From an uncultured Planctomycetia bacterium (GTDB lineage Bacteria > Omnitrophota > Gorgyraeia > Gorgyraeales > Gorgyraeaceae): 64,000 nucleotides of DNA. A program made the translations under genes and the position numbers. Positions within the stretch are counted from its first letter, which is position 1; the number at the start of each line of letters is the position of its first letter. Below are positions 57,292 through 64,000 of this stretch, piece by piece. The stretch covers positions 37,783 through 101,782 of the forward strand of contig CAZZAL010000001.1 of assembly GCA_964652265.1 (NCBI GenBank), written 5' to 3'. The notes beneath the pieces were generated by a model that did no database searches, was not told where the DNA came from, and saw only the letters and a list, made by a program, of their open reading frames with translations.

Positions 57292-59912
57292 AAGCTCTTG
57301 GCCGTCTCCTTTATCCTTTTTATCTGCTCTTTTAGTCTCACGCTCTTTTCCTTTTCCTGGCCAACGATCTTCTCAGGCGCCTTGTTGACAAAATTCTTAT
57401 CCTTCAGCCTTCTCTCGGTGAATCTCATCTGCTTCTGGAGATCACCCATCTTTTTATCAAGCCTTGCCTTCTCTGCACTTACATCTATAAGGCCTTCCAG
57501 CGGGATAAACACATTGTAGTCTTGGAGCACTGCTGTCGCAGAGGCTTTAGGTTTCCCCATCTTTTCATCTATTATGAAATCTCTGAGCCGCGCCAGATTT
57601 TTAATATAGTCGATACCGGCTGCTTCCAGGGCCTTACCTCCGCCTTTCTTCAAAGGCTTGAGATAGGCAGTAAACCTGGTGGAATACGGAATGTTCATAT
57701 CAGAGCGTATATTCCTTATGCTTACTATTATTGACCTTACTATATCCTGAGTTTTTTCTATATCCTTTTTTATAAGCGAGCTCTTTGTCTCAGGCCAGGC
57801 TTCGGTCATTATGCTTTCTCTTTCCATTATATTCTGCCACACTGCCTCTGTCACAAACGGCATAAATGGGTGTAGGAGCTTGAGCGAATCTTCTAAGACG
57901 TGTAACAATACCTTTTCTGAAACGCTATCCTTTTTACCTATTTCAGGCTTTATCATCTCCACATACCAGTCGCAAAAATCATGCCAGAAAAAGTCATATA
58001 CAATCGCCTCTGCCTCATTAAACCTGTATCCTTCGAGAGACTTAGTAACAGCTGCTATGGTGTTATTGAGCCTGCTTAATATCCATTTATCCGCCAGGGC
58101 CAGCTCATCATCCGCCGCACCTCGTCCCCCTACCTTGACATTCATCAATACAAAACGTGACGCGTTCCAGATCTTATTGGCAAAGTTCCTGCCAATCTGG
58201 AATTTTTCCTTGGAGAGAAAAACATCCTGGCCTGTCGCGGTTATGGCTATCATGCTGTACCTGAGGGCGTCTGCACCAAACTCATTGATGATATCTATAG
58301 GATCTATGATATTACCTAGTGATTTTGACATCTTCTTGCCTGTCAGGTCTCTTACTGTCCCGTGCAGGTACACATCCTTAAACGGTATCTTTCCTGTAAA
58401 TTCTATTCCAGCCATGATCATCCTTGCCACCCAGAAAAACAGGATCTCAGGCGCAGTAACCAAGACATCCGTAGGATAGAAATACTCGAGGCCTTTCCTC
58501 TTCTCAGGCCACCCAAGGGTCGAAAACGGCCATAGCCATGACGAAAACCATGTATCCAGGACATCTTCATCCTGATAGATGTCTTTGGATGAACATTCGG
58601 GACAGTTCTCAGGAGCTATCTTTGAAACAATCACCTCTCCGCATGCCTTACAATAATAGACAGGCAGGCGATGACCCCACCAGATCTGACGCGAGATGCA
58701 CCAGTCTCTGATATTTTCCATCCAGTCAAGATAGACCTTGGTCCATCTCTCTGGCGTAAACTTCAGTTTGCCTTTTTTTACTGCCTCGATAGCTGGCTTT
58801 GCCAGTTCCTTCATCCTGACAAACCACTGAAGCGACAGGTATAGTTCTATAACAGTATGACATCTATAACAATGGCTAACTGCATGACTATGCGTCTCTA
58901 TCTTTACCAGCAGTCCTTTTTCTTCCAGCTCTTTTAATATACCCTCGCGCGCCTTGAACCTGTCCATGCCTTTGTAGCGCCCTGCGTTCTCGTTCATAGT
59001 GGCATCAGGGTTCATCACTAAAACTGGCTCAAGATTATGCCTCTGGCCCATGCTAAAATCATTTGGATCATGCGCTGGAGTAACCTTGACCGCACCTGTG
59101 CCGAATTCCTTATCTACAAAGTCATCTTTGATGATCTCTATTTCACGTCCGATGATAGGAAGGATTAATTTCTTTCCGATGAATTTTTTATACTTCTTGT
59201 CTTTTGGATTTACCGCGACTGCAACATCACCCAGCATTGTCTCAGGTCTTGTCGTAGCCACCACCACGCCTTCGGCCTTAATAGCAGGATCCTTAAACGG
59301 ATATCTTATATAATAGAGCTTGCCTTCTGTATCCACATGCGGCGCTTCCTCGTCGGAAAGGGCTGTCTGGCACCGCGGGCACCAGTTGATAATATAGTTC
59401 CCCCTGTAGATAAATCCTCGTTTATGCAGCCTGATAAATGCCTCGAGCACTGCCTCTGAAAGCCCCTTATCCATTGTAAAACGCGTCCTGGCCCAATCAC
59501 ATGAAGAACCAAGCCTTTTAAGCTGCTGAATAATGGTATTTCCGTATTCCTCGCGCCACTTCCAGACCTCTTCTATAAACTTTTCTCTTCCTAGGTCGTC
59601 TCTCTTTTTATTTTGTTTTGCGAGCTTTTTCTCGACGACATTCTGCGTCGCAATACCAGCATGGTCAGTACCCGGTACCCATAGACTCGCAAAACCCTGC
59701 ATCCCCTTCCATCGGATCAGTATATCCTGCAGTGTATTGTTCAGCGCGTGGCCCATATGCAGGATCCCTGTGACATTTGGCGGGGGTATTACAATAGTAA
59801 ATGGCTTTTTGGAATCCGAGGGCTCCGCATGAAACAGGCCCTCTTTTTCCCATTTTACATATATTGCTTTTTCAAACTCTTGCGGGTTATATCTGGAAGG
59901 GATATCTTTCAT
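57288..59912 (-). CDS. valS: valine--tRNA ligase
   Basis: 874 aa. HMGH and KMSKS motifs, C-terminal coiled coil. Confidence 0.94.
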   Translation of the reverse strand: MKDIPSRYNPQEFEKAIYVKWEKEGLFHAEPSDSKKPFTIVIPPPNVTGILHMGHALNNTLQDILIRWKGMQGFASLWVPGTDHAGIATQNVVEKKLAKQNKKRDDLGREKFIEEVWKWREEYGNTIIQQLKRLGSSCDWARTRFTMDKGLSEAVLEAFIRLHKRGFIYRGNYIINWCPRCQTALSDEEAPHVDTEGKLYYIRYPFKDPAIKAEGVVVATTRPETMLGDVAVAVNPKDKKYKKFIGKKLILPIIGREIEIIKDDFVDKEFGTGAVKVTPAHDPNDFSMGQRHNLEPVLVMNPDATMNENAGRYKGMDRFKAREGILKELEEKGLLVKIETHSHAVSHCYRCHTVIELYLSLQWFVRMKELAKPAIEAVKKGKLKFTPERWTKVYLDWMENIRDWCISRQIWWGHRLPVYYCKACGEVIVSKIAPENCPECSSKDIYQDEDVLDTWFSSWLWPFSTLGWPEKRKGLEYFYPTDVLVTAPEILFFWVARMIMAGIEFTGKIPFKDVYLHGTVRDLTGKKMSKSLGNIIDPIDIINEFGADALRYSMIAITATGQDVFLSKEKFQIGRNFANKIWNASRFVLMNVKVGGRGAADDELALADKWILSRLNNTIAAVTKSLEGYRFNEAEAIVYDFFWHDFCDWYVEMIKPEIGKKDSVSEKVLLHVLEDSLKLLHPFMPFVTEAVWQNIMERESIMTEAWPETKSSLIKKDIEKTQDIVRSIIVSIRNIRSDMNIPYSTRFTAYLKPLKKGGGKALEAAGIDYIKNLARLRDFIIDEKMGKPKASATAVLQDYNVFIPLEGLIDVSAEKARLDKKMGDLQKQMRFTERRLKDKNFVNKAPEKIVGQEKEKSVRLKEQIKRIKETAKSL

Positions 59913-59935
59913 TGTAATTGAAAACTAACTTCGCT

Positions 59936-61504
59936 CTATTTATCCTTGTCTTTTAGAAGCTTGTATTCCACGCTATCGACAAGCGCCTGCCAGCTAGCCT
60001 CGATGACATTCTCAGACACACCGACCGTGCCCCATGAAGACTTTTCATCCTGCGACTGGATCAAAACGCGCACCTTTGCCGCAGTGCCTGCCTTTTCATC
60101 CAGCACCCTTACCTTAAAGTCAGAAAGATGCATATTGGCAAGTGTCGGATAAAATTTGTTCAGAGCCTTGCGTAATGCACTATCCAGCGCATTTACAGGA
60201 CCATCGCCTTCTGAAACAGTGTGTTCTTCTTTTCTGTTTACCTTCACCTTTACGGTTGCCTCTGAGATCAGGGTATTATCTGCTCTTTTCTCAATATTTA
60301 CATTAAAACCCTGCAGTGTAAAAAACGGCTTATGCTTTTTCAGCGCCTTTTTCATTAAAAGTTCGAAAGAGGCGTCTGCTGCCTCGAAATAATACCCCTG
60401 GTTCTCAAGATTCTGCACCAACCTCAAGATCTTCTTGGTCTGAGGGTCGTCTTTTGAGAGGTCCATCTCCATATCCTTGGCCTTTAAGATAATGCTTGTC
60501 TTGCCGCTCAGCTCAGAGATCAGTATCCTTCTGTGGTTTCCGATCACTTCAGGCTCCACATGTTCGTATGTCTGGGGATTTTTCATGACTGCATTGACAT
60601 GCACTCCGCCCTTATGGGCAAACGCGCTCCTGCCTACAAAAGGCTGATTGTCCTTCTGTCTCATATTAGAGATCTCGCTTACATAATGTGATACCTCTGT
60701 CATGTCTTTTAAGCTAGACTTCGAAAGGCAATGATATTTCATCTTTAACTGAAGATTCGGAATAACAACACACAGATCCGCATTGCCGCATCTTTCACCA
60801 TAACCATTAATGGTACCCTGTACTAGACTGCAGCCTGCCTCGACCGCTGCGATGCTATTGGCAACAGCCATGCCACTATCATTGTGCGTATGGATGCCTA
60901 AAGGTAGATCGAGCTCGCTGGAGATAGCCCTGACAATAGTCCCTAGTTCATGTGTGATCATCCCGCCGTTTGTATCGCACAGGACGATAGCGTCGCAGCC
61001 TCCCTTGACCGCAGCACGCAATGTCTCAAGCGCATAGTCCTTATTCCTCAGGTATCCGTCGAAAAAATGCTCCGCGTCATAAAAAACCTTCTTCTTCTTT
61101 GACTTCAGATATTCCACTGTCTCTGTGATCATGCTAAGGTTTTCCCGTAAGGATACTTTCAGCACATCAGTAACATGCATGTCCCATGTCTTTCCAAAGA
61201 TCGTGATTGCTTTTGTCTTTGCCCTAAGAATAGCCTTGAGATTAGCATCATTTGCAGGGCTCATCTTTGCCCTTCTCGTACTGCCAAATGCCACAACTTC
61301 AGAGTTTTTAAACCTAAACTTCGCAGCCTCTTTAAAAAACCCCATATCCTTTGGATTAGAGCCTGGCCATCCCCCTTCTATATAATGGATTCCAAGGGTA
61401 TTTAGTTTTTTCGCAATCTTGATTTTATCGGCTACGGAAAAGGAAATACCTTCTCCCTGTGAGCCATCCCTCAATGTTGTATCATAAACCTTGACTTGAT
61501 ACAT
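59936..61504 (-). CDS. cimA: (R)-citramalate synthase / 2-isopropylmalate synthase family (LeuA_rel, CimA-like)
   Basis: 522 aa. TLRDGSQGEG N-terminal motif, HTHND, C-terminal LeuA dimerisation/regulatory domain. Confidence 0.8.
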   Translation of the reverse strand: MYQVKVYDTTLRDGSQGEGISFSVADKIKIAKKLNTLGIHYIEGGWPGSNPKDMGFFKEAAKFRFKNSEVVAFGSTRRAKMSPANDANLKAILRAKTKAITIFGKTWDMHVTDVLKVSLRENLSMITETVEYLKSKKKKVFYDAEHFFDGYLRNKDYALETLRAAVKGGCDAIVLCDTNGGMITHELGTIVRAISSELDLPLGIHTHNDSGMAVANSIAAVEAGCSLVQGTINGYGERCGNADLCVVIPNLQLKMKYHCLSKSSLKDMTEVSHYVSEISNMRQKDNQPFVGRSAFAHKGGVHVNAVMKNPQTYEHVEPEVIGNHRRILISELSGKTSIILKAKDMEMDLSKDDPQTKKILRLVQNLENQGYYFEAADASFELLMKKALKKHKPFFTLQGFNVNIEKRADNTLISEATVKVKVNRKEEHTVSEGDGPVNALDSALRKALNKFYPTLANMHLSDFKVRVLDEKAGTAAKVRVLIQSQDEKSSWGTVGVSENVIEASWQALVDSVEYKLLKDKDK

Positions 61505-61541
61505 GAATTACTCCTTTGTAAAAATTACTCTATGTTCAGCC

Positions 61542-62765
61542 TTATTTCTTACTTAACTCAAATGCGTTGTGAAGCGCCCGGACAGCCTTTTCAGCATGCC
61601 TCTTATTTATAACACATGATATCTTTATCTCAGAGGTAGAGATCATACTTATGTTGACCTTCTTGGACGCCAGCGCCTCAAACATCTTTGCCGCCACGCC
61701 CGAGTGGCTCCTCATGCCAATTCCCACTATCGAGATCTTTGCGATGTCATTATTATAAGTCGCTCCTCTTGCCTTTACAGCCTTGACTATTTTACCCATC
61801 ACCTGTTTGGTCTTGTTTAATTCTGCAAGAGGCACAGTAAACGAGACATCTGTATATCCTGTGCGGCTTATATTCTGGATTATCATGTCAACGTTTATAC
61901 CTTTCTGGGCCAAGCGCTTGAAAATAACCGCTGCTATGCCAGGCCTGTCAGGCACGTCACAGATAGTAACCTTTGCCTCTCCTTTATTTACGGTAACGCC
62001 ACTAACAAGGACATCTTCCATTGCTCTAACCTCCTCGGAAATAATCGTACCTTCCTTATTACCAAAACTGGACCTTATATGTAAAGGAACAGAAAACTTT
62101 TTCGCCACCTCCATGGAACGCGCCTGCATGACCTGCGCTCCAAGTGATGCCAACTCAAGCATCTCTTCGTAACTTATGCATGAAAGTTTCCGAGCATCTC
62201 CTACAATGCGCGGATCCGCAGTATATACCCCATCCACATCCGTATAGATCTCGCACACCTTGGCCTTTAGAGTCTTTGCGAGCGCCACTGCTGTCATGTC
62301 TGAGCCGCCTCGGCCAAGCGTAGTAATCTCATTTTCAGAGTCTATCCCCTGGAACCCTGCAACTATGACGACCTTTCCTTTTTTTAATTCCTTTCTTATC
62401 CTGCCTGCGCTCACGTCCACTATCTTTGCTTTTGTGTGCGACCGGTCAGTCATGATACCAACCTGCGCACCTGTAAAAGAAATCGCGTCAACACCCATCT
62501 TATGCAATGCCATTGCCAGAAGCGCCACCGAGACCTGCTCTCCTGTAGATATGAGCATGTCTACTTCTCTTTCGCTGGGCATCGAGGTGATCTTATCAAC
62601 CAGCTTCAACAGTTCATCCGTAGTGTCTCCAAGCGCTGAAACCACCACCACGAGACTGTTGCCGCGCCTCTTGTATCTGGCGACTCTCTTTGCCACTGCC
62701 TTTATACGTTCTATATTGGCGACTGAAGAGCCACCGTATTTTTGTACAATCAAGGAGTTCCGCAC
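61542..62765 (-). CDS. lysC: aspartate kinase
   Basis: 407 aa. Amino-acid kinase fold KYGGSSV plus tandem ACT domains. Confidence 0.9.
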   Translation of the reverse strand: MRNSLIVQKYGGSSVANIERIKAVAKRVARYKRRGNSLVVVVSALGDTTDELLKLVDKITSMPSEREVDMLISTGEQVSVALLAMALHKMGVDAISFTGAQVGIMTDRSHTKAKIVDVSAGRIRKELKKGKVVIVAGFQGIDSENEITTLGRGGSDMTAVALAKTLKAKVCEIYTDVDGVYTADPRIVGDARKLSCISYEEMLELASLGAQVMQARSMEVAKKFSVPLHIRSSFGNKEGTIISEEVRAMEDVLVSGVTVNKGEAKVTICDVPDRPGIAAVIFKRLAQKGINVDMIIQNISRTGYTDVSFTVPLAELNKTKQVMGKIVKAVKARGATYNNDIAKISIVGIGMRSHSGVAAKMFEALASKKVNISMISTSEIKISCVINKRHAEKAVRALHNAFELSKK

Positions 62766-64000
62766 TTTAATCTCCGCCTTTTTATCGACGACAAAACATC
62801 AATTATCATCATATAGCACAATATTATCAATGCTACGGACACACCTGCGAGCAAGATTTCATTATTTTTTATAAAGCTGACGAGCTGATACAAAAGCGCG
62901 CCTATTGAAGTAATGAGCATAAAAACAGCTGGGAAAAACGTAAACCGCGTGCTCTTTCCCCTACACAAAAGCCAGCTTGAGACAACAACAAAAGTAAGCG
63001 CTGCGACCAGCTGGTTAGAGGCGCCAAACATGGGCCAGATCTCGCTCCATTTGCCGCTCAAAGCCAGCACTCCACTCGTAGATACTACCACAAACGTGGC
63101 AAAGAATCTATTCTTAATTTTAAAAAGTTCCTCGGACAAGTACCTGCATATCCTTGTCGCTGTATCTAACGTAGTAAGGATAAACGCGTTGAGTATCATT
63201 ATTGCTACCAGATTACCTTTGTCAAAAAGTATCGGAGCAGCTAAAACCCCATAGCCTTTTCCAAACGCGCCTATTGGGCCAGGACCTCCTTTTGAAAGCA
63301 TGGTCTCCAGTCCACTGGCACTAAGTCCTGCAGAGACTGCTAAAAGCGCCATCACAGCCAAAACCGCCTCGAGCACCATGCCGCCATAACCTATGCGCTT
63401 GGCAAAGCGTTCGTTATCCAATTGCTTTGATGTCGTGCCGCTCGAGACCAGGGCATGAAAGCCTGAATTCGCGCCGCACGCTACTGTTACAAAAAGCATT
63501 GGCCAGAGCCAGTCATGGCCCTGGGTATTCCAGCCGCTAAAAGAAGCGACATTCACCAGGGGACGCGTCACCATGATACCTATAAACCCGACTGCTATAC
63601 CAAAATATAAAAGAAAGCTTGAGATATAGTCGCGCGGCTGCAAAAGTATCTGCACTGGGGTAACAGAAGCTAAAAAGGCGTAAACCAAAAGTATGATGCT
63701 CCATATTAAAAACGCGTTTTGCCCCAGATCAACAGGAAAACTCCCACCAAGAAAAACACATACCAGTAAAAGTCCGAGCCCTATCGCAGTCGCCAAAAAC
63801 ATATTCGTGCGTAACCTGTAAAGCATAAAACCTACCACGAGCGCCACGCCTATGAGTCCGAAACAAGGTACTACTGTCTTTGGCTCTGCAGTCAATGTCT
63901 TTGCGCATATAGAGACAAAGACCGCTATAACCAAAATAAGCGCAAGCCACACAAACCCCAGAAAGATCAGCTTTGCCCTTCTGGAAATCACGCTCTCCGC
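62750..64000 (-). CDS. cstA: carbon starvation protein CstA family transporter (partial; N-terminus probably beyond window end)
   Basis: CstA hallmark ACGANSGFHALVSSGTTSKQL. This motif sits at about residue 330 in E. coli CstA but residue 168 here, so the ORF is likely cut by the window edge. Confidence 0.75.
   Translation of the reverse strand, partial: AESVISRRAKLIFLGFVWLALILVIAVFVSICAKTLTAEPKTVVPCFGLIGVALVVGFMLYRLRTNMFLATAIGLGLLLVCVFLGGSFPVDLGQNAFLIWSIILLVYAFLASVTPVQILLQPRDYISSFLLYFGIAVGFIGIMVTRPLVNVASFSGWNTQGHDWLWPMLFVTVACGANSGFHALVSSGTTSKQLDNERFAKRIGYGGMVLEAVLAVMALLAVSAGLSASGLETMLSKGGPGPIGAFGKGYGVLAAPILFDKGNLVAIMILNAFILTTLDTATRICRYLSEELFKIKNRFFATFVVVSTSGVLALSGKWSEIWPMFGASNQLVAALTFVVVSSWLLCRGKSTRFTFFPAVFMLITSIGALLYQLVSFIKNNEILLAGVSVALIILCYMMIIDVLSSIKRRRLKCGTP

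Overview
This is a bacterial chromosomal window with extreme gene density, and every gene is on the minus strand. I find about 75 protein genes and 6 tRNAs with intergenic gaps mostly of 0-60 nt.

Reading in the direction of transcription (64000 down to 1):
- cstA (partial), lysC, cimA/leuA-like, valS, nadC, uvrB, birA, coaX, nfnAB-like, mnmA, larE-like, a tRNA(CAU), tilS, ftsH, folP, cdaA, a 65-aa CdaR-like stub, pdxJ, acpS, nnr.
- A tRNA-Tyr/Gly/Thr cluster, mgtE, then tRNA-Thr followed by tufB.
- rpmG, tRNA-Trp, secE-nusG-rplKAJL-rpoBC.
- The str, S10, spc and alpha ribosomal operons, fused directly onto rpoC: rpsL-rpsG-fusA-tufA, rpsJ through rpsQ, rplN through rplO, secY-adk-map-infA-rpmJ-rpsM-rpsK-rpsD-rpoA-rplQ.
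- An aminotransferase, a leuC-like/pilT/leuD-like/icd/mdh/lpd cluster, and nadD (partial, GTG start).

Three small genes missing from the ORF track were found by hand: rpmJ, rpmG and nadD.

I see no mobile element, CRISPR array, toxin-antitoxin or defence-island signal. The window is conserved housekeeping core, so I do not claim a novel system. Features worth follow-up:
- A Cys4 insertion in both EF-Tu copies.
- A ~1.23 kb near-identical tuf repeat whose identity runs into the start codons of two different downstream genes.
- An E. coli-like thrU-tyrU-glyT-thrT-tufB tRNA operon with mgtE inserted in it.
- Widespread Lys-rich tails on ribosomal proteins.
- A zinc-ribbon L24 and no L30 gene.
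- pilT embedded between the two subunits of a LeuCD-type dehydratase, next to icd/mdh/lpd.
- A minimal CdaR.
- Absence of the classical r-protein leader regions.
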